Shown here piece after piece: positions 27,045 through 40,738 of a stretch of 64,000 bases of DNA. This DNA is from Escherichia phage SF. Position 1 is the stretch's first letter, and every line of letters begins with the position of its first letter. The position numbers and the translations under genes were made by a program. The DNA lies in the sequence record MH359124. One strand, given 5' to 3'. Under the pieces are notes generated by a model. The model saw only the letters and a program-made list of their open reading frames with translations. It ran no database searches and had not been told where the DNA came from.

Positions 27045-27332
27045 ATGATTCATCCATTTGACGTATCAGAATCCAAAATTGCTAATCTTCGTGGTCATCA
27101 TAAGTGTAAATCAGTTTATTGCGCTAAATTGGTAAAACATCCTGGCGATGCACACTACGGCTGGTTAGAATGCGACGAAGTTGTTATTGAAATTCCGCCT
27201 GTAGATGCAGAATATCTTGAAGAAGGTGATCGCATTTATTTTGGCGAACTACACATCAGAGGTATCTATGGTAAAGACGAACTTGGGGCTGTTGAGACTG
27301 AAGAATCTTCCGACATTTATCCTGTCGAATGA
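27045..27332 (+). CDS. Hypothetical Cys/His-containing protein
   Basis: 95-aa ORF; HHKCKSVYC...H...C pattern; 3' end overlaps the denB candidate in another frame. Confidence 0.45.
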   Translation: MIHPFDVSESKIANLRGHHKCKSVYCAKLVKHPGDAHYGWLECDEVVIEIPPVDAEYLEEGDRIYFGELHIRGIYGKDELGAVETEESSDIYPVE

Positions 27333-27825
27333 GTTTTTGACTAGTGAAATGAAGGTGAAGATTGCTGACACTGCTCGGTATTCCCTGAGCCAAAATCCTG
27401 GCCAAAACAAAGAAGATGTAGTTCGACGTTGTAAGGTTGCGGTCTTTGCAGAGTATGTAGTAGCAAATTGGCTAGACGGATATGTTAATAAAGGTATTGA
27501 AGACGTAGAAGACCCATACACGTATGCATGGGACGTGTTAGCCCATCCCAAGTATTGCGGAATTCGTGTAGAAGTCAAGACACACCAGATAGATTCTAAA
27601 TGGATTTCGGTTACCACAGGATACAGTGGTGATTATCCGGGTGGTAATGGAATCAATATAGGGCCCTTCTTGAACCATCGAGTCGCAGACTGCATTATTA
27701 TATTAGATGTCAAAGAAACCTCACCTGACGTCTTCTCTTATTCTATAAAGTTCGTGGGAGACCATGAAGACCTAAAGAAAATCGTCCGCAAGAGCAACTA
27801 CAACGGGTGGTATCTTCATCTTTAA
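27268..27825 (+). CDS. denB: DenB endonuclease IV-like (start ambiguous: 27205, 27268 or 27350)
   Basis: ORF track 27205..27825; ATG 27268 preceded by AGAGG gives 185 aa, the T4 DenB length; position between rIIB and ndd. Confidence 0.5.
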   Translation: MVKTNLGLLRLKNLPTFILSNEFLTSEMKVKIADTARYSLSQNPGQNKEDVVRRCKVAVFAEYVVANWLDGYVNKGIEDVEDPYTYAWDVLAHPKYCGIRVEVKTHQIDSKWISVTTGYSGDYPGGNGINIGPFLNHRVADCIIILDVKETSPDVFSYSIKFVGDHEDLKKIVRKSNYNGWYLHL

Positions 27826-27837
27826 TTTCATAAAAGT

Positions 27838-27868
27838 GTTTACAACTAAGTAGGACTATGATACAGTA
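27838..27868 (+). promoter_or_regulatory. Early promoter (PeSL-like)
   Basis: GTTTAC then TAGGACTATGATACAGTAGTCCTATC palindrome; -10 degenerate; drives ORF 27894. Confidence 0.45.
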
Positions 27869-27893
27869 GTCCTATCTAAAAGAGGATAGCATC

Positions 27894-28157
27894 ATGAAAT
27901 TTAAATTTTTCTACGCAAAACATAAAGTAACAGGCGAATTTGTTTCAATGTACAACACCGCAGATGATGAAGGGATGATTTATACCCATTTAGGCCTATC
28001 TCATTGGGACTCAGACGTGCCTTATATGTCATCTGAAGCCGAAATAACTCGTCTGGTTAATGGACATATGAACGACCATTTTAGTGTTATTCTTTCTAAA
28101 GACCTTAAAGAGGTTATCAACAAAGGATATATGGAACTCGCGGAAGTTGAGATATGA
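27894..28157 (+). CDS. Hypothetical protein
   Basis: 87-aa ORF with own promoter. Confidence 0.55.
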   Translation: MKFKFFYAKHKVTGEFVSMYNTADDEGMIYTHLGLSHWDSDVPYMSSEAEITRLVNGHMNDHFSVILSKDLKEVINKGYMELAEVEI

Positions 28158-28346
28158 GCTCTAAAATGTGGATAGGAATATGGTTTCTTAGTATCCCTAT
28201 GATTTGTATAATATTTTCAATTGCATTGAGGTACTTATGAAAAATGCACTTATTGTACTAAGAACAATTTGCGATACAGGTTTTTACATCGCATGTTCGT
28301 TCACTGGAACATGGTTGGCTTTAACATATTTTAATGTAATTTAATT

Positions 28347-28376
28347 GTTTACAACACAGTAGGATTATGGTATAGT
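28347..28376 (+). promoter_or_regulatory. Early promoter (PeSL-like)
   Basis: GTTTAC, 18 nt, TATAGT inside TAGGATTATGGTATAGTAGTCCTATC; drives ORF 28405. Confidence 0.65.
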
Positions 28377-28404
28377 AGTCCTATCAAAACACGAGGAAAA
28401 CAAA

Positions 28405-28605
28405 ATGGCTAAGCTTTTTAAAGATGTTGAAATTGGTGAAAAATTTGTCCTGAATAATGGTCAGCAGCTTATTCGTGTAGCTTCTATAGCCGGACAAACT
28501 CATAACTGCATAGCCCCAACGTGTTGGACCCGATTCTTTATTGAGGATGACACCGAATGTTTAACTGTTGAAGAGCTTTTTGAACGTTCTGATATAACCG
28601 AATAA
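28405..28605 (+). CDS. Hypothetical protein
   Basis: 66-aa ORF with own promoter. Confidence 0.55.
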   Translation: MAKLFKDVEIGEKFVLNNGQQLIRVASIAGQTHNCIAPTCWTRFFIEDDTECLTVEELFERSDITE

Positions 28606-28607
28606 AA

Positions 28608-28637
28608 TTGTACAAACTCTTGAGAGCAGAGTATAAT
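28608..28637 (+). promoter_or_regulatory. Early promoter (PeSL-like)
   Basis: TTGTAC, 18 nt, TATAAT inside IR GAGAGCA..TGCTCTC; drives ndd. Confidence 0.6.
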
Positions 28638-28681
28638 GCTCTCATGGATTACAAAAACATTAATCAATTGAGGAAATTAGC

Positions 28682-29128
28682 ATGTCCAAATATTTAACTC
28701 GTAAAGACCTTCTGGCAGTTGGCGGTGAAGTTGTTGCAGTAGTTCGTAATGGCGAATACGGTTCTGAAGTTTCTAAAGAGTTTCGTTCTCGTGAAGGTTT
28801 TTACTTCTTTGTTAAAGGTTCATCTGATTGGCGTCAAGTAGCAGCACGATTCTTTGTAGGACGTCAACGTTCTAAACAAGGGTTGGATGCAATTCTTTCT
28901 CACATTCGTCAAGGCCGTTCGCAACTAGCCCGTACTATGGGCACTAACAATATTGAATATGATGTAATCTTTGTTGCAGCTAAGAACATGAAACCACTGA
29001 CCACTGGTTATGGTAAAGGACAATTGGCTCTGGCATTCACTCGCAATCATACATCAGAATATCAAACACTCACTGAAATGAACCGTCTTCTGGCAGATAA
29101 TTTCAAATTCATTCTGCAGAGTTATTAA
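28682..29128 (+). CDS. ndd: Ndd nucleoid disruption protein
   Basis: 148-aa ORF; ...GNQRSKQG..LSHIRQ.RSQLART...[38 protein letters not shown] matches T4 Ndd. Confidence 0.85.
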   Translation: MSKYLTRKDLLAVGGEVVAVVRNGEYGSEVSKEFRSREGFYFFVKGSSDWRQVAARFFVGRQRSKQGLDAILSHIRQGRSQLARTMGTNNIEYDVIFVAAKNMKPLTTGYGKGQLALAFTRNHTSEYQTLTEMNRLLADNFKFILQSY

Positions 29129-29135
29129 TTTATAT

Positions 29136-29168
29136 AGGCCTATTAAGTTAGGCCTTTAATTTATTTTT
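29136..29168 (+). terminator. Rho-independent terminator after ndd
   Basis: AGGCCT-ATTAAGTT-AGGCCT hairpin then T-rich run. Confidence 0.55.
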
Positions 29169-29180
29169 GAGGTAATTAAA

Positions 29181-29330
29181 ATGGTAACATGGATTATTGC
29201 ATTGTTGTGTTGGTCGTTTTTATTCATTAACACTTTAGTTACAGGCGAAACAACAGTATTTCAACAGGCTGTATCACAAGGTACCTTAGCGGTCTTAGCT
29301 CTTTTTAACGTATTAAAAGGCGAGCAATGA
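29181..29330 (+). CDS. Small hydrophobic membrane protein (ac-locus position)
   Basis: 49-aa ORF below the track cutoff; single TM. Confidence 0.4.
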   Translation: MVTWIIALLCWSFLFINTLVTGETTVFQQAVSQGTLAVLALFNVLKGEQ

Positions 29331-29467
29331 TTAAGAAAATCTTAGCAGGAGCCTTCGGGCTCTTGTTGTTGCTTACGGTCCTGTACTACGGTGTGATGTT
29401 TGGGCTAATCCAAGTAGTGCTTTTCATTTCAGATGTTATAATGGCTATTCGTTCATTAATATGGTGA
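29327..29467 (+). CDS. Small hydrophobic membrane protein
   Basis: 46-aa ORF, ATGA overlap with previous; ends 4 nt before gene 52. Confidence 0.4.
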   Translation: MIKKILAGAFGLLLLLTVLYYGVMFGLIQVVLFISDVIMAIRSLIW

Positions 29468-29471
29468 AAAT

Positions 29472-30797
29472 ATGCAATTGAATTCTCGTAATCTAAAAAG
29501 TATTATTGATAACGAAGCCTTAGCATATGCGATGTACACCGTTGAAAACCGTGCAATCCCAAACATGATTGATGGATTTAAGCCGGTTCAACGTTTTGTG
29601 GTTCATCGTGCGTTAGATTTGGCTCGTGGTAATAAAGAAAAATTTCATAAACTTGCGTCAATTGCAGGCGGTGTTGCAGATTTAGGTTATCACCATGGTG
29701 AATCTTCTGCACAAGATGCAGGTGCATTGATGGCTAACACATGGAACAACAACTATCCACTGTTAGATGGCCAAGGCAACTTTGGTTCTCGAACAGTCCA
29801 AAAAGCTGCAGCATCTCGTTATATTTTTGCTCGTGTAAGTAAAAATTTCTATAACGTATATAAAGATACTGAATATGCTCCAGCTCATGAAGATAAAGAA
29901 CACATTCCACCAAAATTCTATCTTCCTATTATTCCAACAGTTCTTTTGAATGGCGTCTCTGGTATTGCAACCGGTTACGCAACAAATATTCTGCCTCATA
30001 GTTTTAAATCAGTCAAAAAGGCTGTATTACAAGCTCTTCAAGGTAAAAATGTCACTAAGCCAAAAGTTGAATTCCCGGAATTCCGTGGTGAAGTACATGA
30101 AGTTGATGGGCGTTATGAGATTCACGGAACATATAAGTTCACATCCCGAACTCAAATGCAGATAACTGAAATCCCATATAAATTCGACCGTGAAACGTAT
30201 GTGAGTAAGGTTCTTGACCCATTGGAAGACAAAGGTCTAATCTCATGGGAAGATGATTGTGGTGAACACGGCTTTGGGTTTAAGGTGAAGTTCCGTAAAG
30301 AGTACTCGCTTCCTGATGATGAAGAGCTACGTCATGAAAAAATCATGAAAGATTTTAGTCTCATCGAACGTCGTTCGCAAAACATCACAGTGATTAATGA
30401 AAAGGGTAAATTAGCGGTCTATGATAACGTAGTGGACTTAATCAAAGATTTTGTTGAAGTCCGTAAGACTTATGTTCAGAAACGTATTGACAACAAAATC
30501 CTTGAATCTGAAAAAGCATTTAAACTGGCTTTTGCTAAGGCACACTTCATCAAAAAAGTTATTACAGGTGAAATTGTGATTCAGGGCAAGACTCGTAAAG
30601 CTTTGACTGAAGAGCTAGCACAAATCGAAATGTATAAAGAACATGTCGATAAACTGGTAGGCCTTAACATCTTCCATATCACTTCCGACGAAGCACGTAA
30701 ACTAGCAGAAGAAGCTAAGGCTAAGAAAGAAGAAAATGAGTATTGGAAGTCTACTGATGTTGTGACAGAGTACACTAAAGACTTGGAGGCACTTTGA
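29472..30797 (+). CDS. 52: DNA topoisomerase II medium subunit (GyrA-like)
   Basis: 441-aa ORF; GyrA N-terminal motifs; matches T4 gp52 size and N-terminus. Confidence 0.95.
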   Translation: MQLNSRNLKSIIDNEALAYAMYTVENRAIPNMIDGFKPVQRFVVHRALDLARGNKEKFHKLASIAGGVADLGYHHGESSAQDAGALMANTWNNNYPLLDGQGNFGSRTVQKAAASRYIFARVSKNFYNVYKDTEYAPAHEDKEHIPPKFYLPIIPTVLLNGVSGIATGYATNILPHSFKSVKKAVLQALQGKNVTKPKVEFPEFRGEVHEVDGRYEIHGTYKFTSRTQMQITEIPYKFDRETYVSKVLDPLEDKGLISWEDDCGEHGFGFKVKFRKEYSLPDDEELRHEKIMKDFSLIERRSQNITVINEKGKLAVYDNVVDLIKDFVEVRKTYVQKRIDNKILESEKAFKLAFAKAHFIKKVITGEIVIQGKTRKALTEELAQIEMYKEHVDKLVGLNIFHITSDEARKLAEEAKAKKEENEYWKSTDVVTEYTKDLEAL

Positions 30798-30872
30798 GTG
30801 CCCTAGCCTTAGGATTTCTCGGTGCAATAGCTGCACTAGTGATTTGGCTGTATTGGTTGGACAAACATGATT

Positions 30873-30896
30873 AGGGAGCTTCGGCTCCCTTTTGTG
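30873..30896 (+). terminator. Rho-independent terminator after gene 52
   Basis: GGGAGC-TTCG-GCTCCC then TTTTGTG. Confidence 0.7.
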
Positions 30897-30916
30897 CATT
30901 TTTTTCTCACAAAACA

Positions 30917-30945
30917 GTTTACTTTTGCTTCAAACATGATATTAT
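30917..30945 (+). promoter_or_regulatory. Early/middle promoter cassette
   Basis: GTTTAC, 17 nt, TATTAT, with embedded TTGCTTCA MotA-box-like element; drives the motA.1-like gene. Confidence 0.65.
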
Positions 30946-30984
30946 AGACCTATCAAAACAAAACAACCAAATTGGAGAAATAAA

Positions 30985-31200
30985 ATGTCTAAAATGAAAT
31001 TAACCCAAAACACAACTACTCGTTTCGGTAAAGTTAAACCTGGTATGAATGCTCCCCGTAAAGCACTTGTTGAAGAATTAAATTTCTTAGAAGTTGAAAT
31101 CAATTCTTTAGTGGTTCGCGGTTCAAATGGACATCATTTAGAAAAGCTTCGTTCTAAAAAGGCAAAACTTATTGGCCTTATTAAAGAAATGAGTTTGTAA
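30985..31200 (+). CDS. MotA.1-like small basic protein
   Basis: 71-aa ORF between 52 and motA. Confidence 0.55.
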   Translation: MSKMKLTQNTTTRFGKVKPGMNAPRKALVEELNFLEVEINSLVVRGSNGHHLEKLRSKKAKLIGLIKEMSL

Positions 31201-31238
31201 ATTTTACCAGGGCTTTTGGAAAAAGAGCCCAAAATAAA

Positions 31239-31267
31239 GTTTACTTTTGCTTCAAACGTGATATTAT
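31239..31267 (+). promoter_or_regulatory. Early/middle promoter cassette
   Basis: Near-identical copy of the 30917 cassette; drives motA. Confidence 0.65.
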
Positions 31268-31304
31268 AGACCTATCAAAACAAATACTAATTTGGAGAAA
31301 TAAA

Positions 31305-31937
31305 ATGTCTAAAGTTACTTACATCATCAAAGCTTCTGAAAACGCTCTGAATGAAAAAACTGCTGCAATAATGGTTTATGTCATTAAGAACAACTTCACC
31401 ACGGCTGCCAATGTCCGTGAAGCTCTGGAAGCGGAATACAATGCATCGGTTGTTAACTCTAACATTGGTGTATTGATTAAGAAAGGTTTAGTCGAAAAAT
31501 CCGGTGATGGACTTGTAGCAACAGGCGAAGCAATGGATATTATCCAAAAAGCTGCAGACCTCTTTGCCCAAGAAAATGCTCCAGAACTTCTTCAGAAACG
31601 TAACACTAGAAAAGCACGTGGAGTTACTCCTGAAATGCACGAATTAGCGAACTTTGTTTTTGAAAATATTAAAGATAAAGTTGAAGTTAAAGAAATTGGT
31701 GAAAACCGTAGTAACTTGGAAGTTCGATTTGCAAAACGAGTTCTAGGTATTCGTCAGATCGAAATTCGTCGAAATGGTTCTCTTAGAATCTTTGCATACA
31801 ACATGTCAGAAACTGAATCAAAGCTGTTTACTTCTCTTGAAAATGATGTTAAGATTAAGATCGGTGGTAAATATACATACATTGACTTCCCTAATGTGTC
31901 CAAAGAAATCATTACCCTTGTAACTAACGTACTGTGA
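31305..31937 (+). CDS. motA: MotA middle-transcription activator
   Basis: 210-aa ORF; MSKVTYIIKAS...VVNSNIGVLIKKGLVEKSGDGL matches T4 MotA. Confidence 0.9.
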   Translation: MSKVTYIIKASENALNEKTAAIMVYVIKNNFTTAANVREALEAEYNASVVNSNIGVLIKKGLVEKSGDGLVATGEAMDIIQKAADLFAQENAPELLQKRNTRKARGVTPEMHELANFVFENIKDKVEVKEIGENRSNLEVRFAKRVLGIRQIEIRRNGSLRIFAYNMSETESKLFTSLENDVKIKIGGKYTYIDFPNVSKEIITLVTNVL

Positions 31938-31947
31938 GGAATACATA

Positions 31948-32277
31948 ATGAATAAGCTGAATATTATTAACGAACTTCGTAAATGTGCAGAACCTACTCA
32001 GGAAGGATGGGATATTTGGTACCACGGGGCTTATTTAGGGACAATTGTAAAGATTAAAGCAGGCCAATATATGATTATTCGTGAAAATAATGACGCACCA
32101 TTTGGCCTTCGTAAAAACTACATGGCAGCGATCAGTTCATTTGTTGATGCAGCTTACGAAATCTATAAAGAAGATTATAAAGAATATCAGCAGTCACAAC
32201 CGGTTATTCGTTCGATTGGTGTAAATAAACAAGCACAAAAATCTATTTGGCAACGTATTAAGGAATGGTTTAAATGA
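31948..32277 (+). CDS. Hypothetical protein
   Basis: 109-aa ORF. Confidence 0.5.
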   Translation: MNKLNIINELRKCAEPTQEGWDIWYHGAYLGTIVKIKAGQYMIIRENNDAPFGLRKNYMAAISSFVDAAYEIYKEDYKEYQQSQPVIRSIGVNKQAQKSIWQRIKEWFK

Positions 32278-32735
32278 AATCATTTAAAGAACGTTTAGAG
32301 CTATTAGATTTGGCCTTGTCTCGTGAGACTCCTGAAAGTCTAGCAGAAAAATTCCAGTCCTACGGTTATAATTATTCTGCTGATGATATAATGAATGAAG
32401 TTCCTGAAATCTGTTGGCAAACGTGCTATTGGAATAATGACCAAAAAGTTCAACGTGTTATAGTATGTGCAGCTAATAGGTTTAAATTGAAGAGTGGTGG
32501 AACTCTGGTTATTCCTGGAGTTCGTCATTACTCTAAAGATATGGCTGAAGTACTTGATATAGTTGGTCCTCAATTAGTCTCGCAACAAGTTTGTGGCGAC
32601 GACCAAGGCTTTATCGACCAATACTCTAACTACTGGACTCGTGAAGAAGCAATGATTATTGCAACGTATGCTGGACAGGTACGTATTGAACGTGGCGGAA
32701 GTGAGAAAGAACTTTATTCAGAGGACCTGTATTAA
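32274..32735 (+). CDS. Hypothetical protein
   Basis: 153-aa ORF. Confidence 0.55.
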   Translation: MKSFKERLELLDLALSRETPESLAEKFQSYGYNYSADDIMNEVPEICWQTCYWNNDQKVQRVIVCAANRFKLKSGGTLVIPGVRHYSKDMAEVLDIVGPQLVSQQVCGDDQGFIDQYSNYWTREEAMIIATYAGQVRIERGGSEKELYSEDLY

Positions 32736-33016
32736 TGAATATTAAACAACTCCAGAAAGATGCTATTGAATCACGTATCCAAGATATCAAACGTCTTAAT
32801 CATATGATGGAAGAAAACTATGGTATGTATGCTAATCAGCCCGGTTGGGACGCTTTAGACCATCCTTATTTGGTTAATTTATGTAAAGGTGATACGTTAG
32901 CAATTATTCGTGATGGGTTAAAACCTTTCTTGCGTGACATGTATATTAAAATGAACGAAGAAATTATTAGCTCGTTGCAATATCAATTAAGGAAATTAGA
33001 TGATGAGAATAATTGA
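32735..33016 (+). CDS. Hypothetical protein
   Basis: 93-aa ORF. Confidence 0.5.
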   Translation: MNIKQLQKDAIESRIQDIKRLNHMMEENYGMYANQPGWDALDHPYLVNLCKGDTLAIIRDGLKPFLRDMYIKMNEEIISSLQYQLRKLDDENN

Positions 33017-33227
33017 TTCTAAAATAGATTATTTTAATTCTGTTAATGATAAGAATAAAGCTTTAATTCGCCACTTTATTACTGAGATGGGATATACCGA
33101 CTCTAAAGATTTGAAAGAGCACATTATCGAATGTTCTGTGGCTAAAAAGTTTTCTTTTACCGATAAATGTTTAAATGAGGTTATAAATCATTATGAACAA
33201 TCTTGTAGCAAAACACGATTTCAATAA
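33000..33227 (+). CDS. Hypothetical protein
   Basis: 75-aa ORF. Confidence 0.45.
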   Translation: MMRIIDSKIDYFNSVNDKNKALIRHFITEMGYTDSKDLKEHIIECSVAKKFSFTDKCLNEVINHYEQSCSKTRFQ

Positions 33228-33301
33228 GGCTTCTGTTCATAAGGACAAGAAGAAATCAGAACTTCAATCTAAACGCAAACAAAAACATAAGGGTAAAGAC
33301 T

Positions 33302-33601
33302 ATGTTTACTAAAATCAAAGAAAATCCTGCCACTGAACTTGTTATTCGATGCGAAGAACTTGCAGAGCTTTATCAGGTTAACCGAGAAGTATATCGTAGC
33401 GTTGTTGCAGATATGGCAGACGAAGTATGTTCTCGTATTCCTTTTAGTGTTGATTTCAATCACATGAAGCCTGGTGAAATCACTATTGTATTTGGTTCTG
33501 ACTATACCGAAGAACGGGCTCTTAATGCCTTAGAATATGAAATGTCATTCTTCGACATACAGGACTATATTGATAGTTATAAGGAACGATATGAGCCATA
33601 A
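33302..33601 (+). CDS. Acidic protein, possibly Arn-like (anti-restriction)
   Basis: 99-aa acidic ORF at the arn-equivalent position next to asiA; identity not verified. Confidence 0.4.
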   Translation: MFTKIKENPATELVIRCEELAELYQVNREVYRSVVADMADEVCSRIPFSVDFNHMKPGEITIVFGSDYTEERALNALEYEMSFFDIQDYIDSYKERYEP

Positions 33602-33755
33602 TCTTCAGAACGTAGTAGAGGCAGAACGTGAGCGTGAGGCTTTAGTCTATAATGAACTATTAGCCACGTTCTTGGCCTTACACTCATACGAACAGGAAGA
33701 CTACACTGATTACGTTAAAAGTGTAGAAAAAGCTGTTTACAATCATCATTGTTAA
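33591..33755 (+). CDS. Hypothetical small acidic protein
   Basis: In-frame ATG of ORF 33537..33755 just before the previous stop. Confidence 0.35.
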   Translation: MSHNLQNVVEAEREREALVYNELLATFLALHSYEQEDYTDYVKSVEKAVYNHHC

Positions 33756-33798
33756 TGGTACTATACTCGTATCAACCAAATGGAATGAATAAAACGGT

Positions 33799-34071
33799 AT
33801 GAATAAAGATATTGAAATTGTACGTGAAATTATTACTGTTGCTTCTATTTTGATTAAATTCTCGAGGGAAGATATTGTTGAAGACCGAGCAAATTTCATC
33901 GGATTCTTGAATGAGATTGGAATTAAAAAAGATGGTCGGCAGCTAAATCAGAATTCGTTCAGAAAACTAATTACAAATTTAACTGCCGAAGAAAAGAAAA
34001 CACTGATTAGTGAATTCAATGAAGGTTTTGAAAATATTTATCGCCATTTGACGATGTATTCTAACAACTAA
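33799..34071 (+). CDS. asiA: AsiA anti-sigma70 factor
   Basis: 90-aa ORF; VREIITVASILIKFSREDIVE.RANFI.FLNEIG matches T4 AsiA. Confidence 0.9.
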   Translation: MNKDIEIVREIITVASILIKFSREDIVEDRANFIGFLNEIGIKKDGRQLNQNSFRKLITNLTAEEKKTLISEFNEGFENIYRHLTMYSNN

Positions 34072-34731
34072 TTATTTAGCCCGCCCTAATATCCTTGCTG
34101 CTTGGTTGCATATTGCAGCCAAGCGTTCTTCATTTAACACATCCGACCCCTTATACCAATACATAGAAACAGTTCCCGCATATATGTTATCCAAATTGAA
34201 GTAAGGACAACTATACATATACGCCAGTTCTGGAGTTTTTGATTTGGTGGGTAAGAAAGCAAAATCTGTTTTAGAAGTAAAGTGAAGTCCACTTAAATGG
34301 ACCGAATATTCTGCTGTCGTTTTATCAACAGGAAATCCTCCCATAGATTTTTCAGTTACTGTGCTAGGTAACTTACCTTCATACGCAATAAGGTCGACGA
34401 AATAATTTAGATTTTTAGGTCTGAAAGAATACACCGAACTAAAATCCGCCCTTGATGTGACGTGGACTATTTGTAGTTGTTCTAAAGCCGCAGATTCAAA
34501 TCGTGTATTTCTTTCTTTTTGAATTACTTCTGTGTAAGTATCATATTTCGACCTCACGTAATAATCCATAAAAATATTCCCTTTGTACCATATTAGTGCC
34601 ATTAGGAACAAAAGAACTACAACAGCAACTCTGGAAATAAGAATATTTCCAGAGGCGTTATCTTTGAAAATGCGGTCTAGCAACCCAAATAAAATATCAC
34701 TAGGCGAAAATGATACTTTTGGTGCTGCCAT
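34072..34731 (-). CDS. t: Holin T
   Basis: 219-aa ORF; MAAPKVSFSPSDILFG..SRVAVV..L near-identical to the T4 holin; convergent with asiA. Confidence 0.9.
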   Translation of the reverse strand: MAAPKVSFSPSDILFGLLDRIFKDNASGNILISRVAVVVLLFLMALIWYKGNIFMDYYVRSKYDTYTEVIQKERNTRFESAALEQLQIVHVTSRADFSSVYSFRPKNLNYFVDLIAYEGKLPSTVTEKSMGGFPVDKTTAEYSVHLSGLHFTSKTDFAFLPTKSKTPELAYMYSCPYFNLDNIYAGTVSMYWYKGSDVLNEERLAAICNQAARILGRAK

Positions 34732-34761
34732 AGACCCTCCTTTTAAGGATATTTATTCAAA

Positions 34762-38881
<4,120 letters not shown>

Positions 38882-38889
38882 AAGTCCTC

Positions 38890-39546
38890 TTAATAATAGC
38901 CGAAATCTTGAACAGAATCCTTAATAACAATTTGGTCAAATCGTGGAACATGCGAGGGTTGAGATGCAGGATTCTGTGAGAAAAAGTTTGGGGCGGTTAG
39001 CGCCCCGGTCATCGTATCTCCTGAACGGAGTACACGACTGTTTGCATTAGCATTAACTGTATTTATTTGACTATCAACATAATCTTTGCGAGTAAGGTCG
39101 TAATTATTTAAAGGTGCTAACGTTGTGGCTCTGAATTGAGATGCTTCAATAACGCCTTTAGAACTTATATTACCGGTGCGAGTATCAATTACAACAGTTC
39201 TTTCACCTGTACCTTGAGATGATTTAAACCCAATACCATACCACGAAACAATATCCATGTTTGTTTGGTCGAATGTCGCGGCGTCACCGCCACCAGAAAA
39301 AATACCATTTGTTTGGTCATCTGATGTTTTGACTGCAACACCTTCGTTAAAGATTACCTTTTTGAGATATGTCCCACCATTTGCTTTAGATACGAAATCG
39401 TTATCAGCCGCTTTTGGCTTGTTATATTCGGTGTATAATTTAAATGTTTTATATAGGATGTCATCGCCAGCTGGCATTAAAGGAAAATTGCCTTGATGCC
39501 ATATGACGGAACCACCAACTGTACTTCCGGCTTTTAAATCGGCCAT
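38890..39546 (-). CDS. 36: gp36 long tail fibre hinge/distal connector
   Basis: 218-aa ORF; size and position as T4 gp36; late promoter upstream. Confidence 0.8.
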   Translation of the reverse strand: MADLKAGSTVGGSVIWHQGNFPLMPAGDDILYKTFKLYTEYNKPKAADNDFVSKANGGTYLKKVIFNEGVAVKTSDDQTNGIFSGGGDAATFDQTNMDIVSWYGIGFKSSQGTGERTVVIDTRTGNISSKGVIEASQFRATTLAPLNNYDLTRKDYVDSQINTVNANANSRVLRSGDTMTGALTAPNFFSQNPASQPSHVPRFDQIVIKDSVQDFGYY

Positions 39547-39572
39547 TTCGTGTCTCCTTATTAATATTAAAG

Positions 39573-39580
39573 TATTTATA
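39573..39580 (-). promoter_or_regulatory. Late promoter (TATAAATA) for gene 36
   Basis: Exact TATAAATA on the - strand between the gene 35 terminator and the gp36 SD. Confidence 0.7.
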
Positions 39581-39586
39581 CGCGAA

Positions 39587-39606
39587 AAGGAGACCGAAGT
39601 CTCCTT
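39587..39606 (-). terminator. Rho-independent terminator after gene 35 (- strand)
   Basis: On the - strand AAGGAGAC-TTCG-GTCTCCTT then TTCG; same 20-mer as the gene 41 terminator. Confidence 0.6.
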
Positions 39607-40730
39607 TATTCTGTGTACTCTTTAAATTCCTGCCCAAATACCTTACCTGTGTCGTTAGATAACTGAGTAGGCAAGTCCATTATATCATTACCGGTTAATG
39701 ATTCATCAATGTAATTAACACGAATACCGTTTATACCAAACTCGGCTGGTTTTGCTATACTTCCGTTACATGATACTTCAGTGAAAATAACATTTCTTAG
39801 TCCACCTTGACCGACTGAGGCCGTACGGTAACAATATACTGTAAAGCCATCAGCTTCAGCTGGTATTTCAACATATTCTTCATATAGCTTCCACTCCCCG
39901 GCAGTTCCATCAAAGTTTATATCTTTAGATGATATAGGAGAGCTAGATGGAGACTTAAAGAAACGAATTGAAAGTCTTGTGGTTCCTTCCTCTAATAATT
40001 CTTCATCAGCCATTAATTGAAATTTCAAATAAAGAAAATCTGTAGGCTTTAATCCATAGTTTGCGATAGGAGTAACAAGGGATGATGTAGGCATCCTTTT
40101 TATTTCATTGTTAGTTCCTCCAACAGGAGATAAAAACGTTTCTAGAGCTTCATATGTACGTCTAGGATAGCCGGTAGCACCTATATCAGCAATAGAGTCA
40201 TATACAATATCTAATGGAGTTGCGTAATCAGAAATTGTTTTCTTATTACTGTATTTTATGTGTTCTAATGCAATAGTATTTTTACCTGAAACATAAAACG
40301 CTGAATATGAAATATCAACAAGACTAGCAACTTCAATTGACGGTATAACTGAACTCCCAGCAGCTTTAAACCATTCAATTATTTCTGGTGGCAAATTAAA
40401 TTTGTTATTAGAAATAAATGCGAAAATGAAATTATCTGCGTATGTATTAACAAACGAAATAAATGCAGCTGAAGTTGCATTATTTGTAGGCGCAAAATTG
40501 TATAATTTACTATCAACTATAGTTCCATTTTCAGGATTTATCACCCTAACATTTAGTCCAATACCAAAAGACTGCAACCCTAAAGGCTCGTTTTGGAACA
40601 AAATGTACGGATTAGTTGTTGAAAGCGGGCATGAACCCGCTATACTTAGCTTAAATCTAACTGAATTGCTTTCCGATAAAAACGGCGTTTGGACGTATCC
40701 CTGTCCAAACCTTGCCATAAATTTTTCCAT
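39606..40730 (-). CDS. 35: gp35 long tail fibre hinge
   Basis: 374-aa ORF (T4 gp35 372 aa); synteny. Confidence 0.8.
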   Translation of the reverse strand: MEKFMARFGQGYVQTPFLSESNSVRFKLSIAGSCPLSTTNPYILFQNEPLGLQSFGIGLNVRVINPENGTIVDSKLYNFAPTNNATSAAFISFVNTYADNFIFAFISNNKFNLPPEIIEWFKAAGSSVIPSIEVASLVDISYSAFYVSGKNTIALEHIKYSNKKTISDYATPLDIVYDSIADIGATGYPRRTYEALETFLSPVGGTNNEIKRMPTSSLVTPIANYGLKPTDFLYLKFQLMADEELLEEGTTRLSIRFFKSPSSSPISSKDINFDGTAGEWKLYEEYVEIPAEADGFTVYCYRTASVGQGGLRNVIFTEVSCNGSIAKPAEFGINGIRVNYIDESLTGNDIMDLPTQLSNDTGKVFGQEFKEYTE

Positions 40731-40738
40731 ATAACCTC

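Larger units (their letters stand above)
30917..31313 (+). repeat. About 75-nt direct repeat pair (30917..30993 and 31239..31313)
   Basis: Two ~85-90% identical copies each containing promoter, CCTATCAAAACAAA, SD GGAGAAATAAA and ATGTCTAAA start. Confidence 0.7.

Noticed and set aside
30794-30877. Possible 27-codon hydrophobic peptide starting with TTG right after gene 52
   Set aside because: Non-ATG start, no SD, and it overlaps the terminator hairpin; insufficient support.
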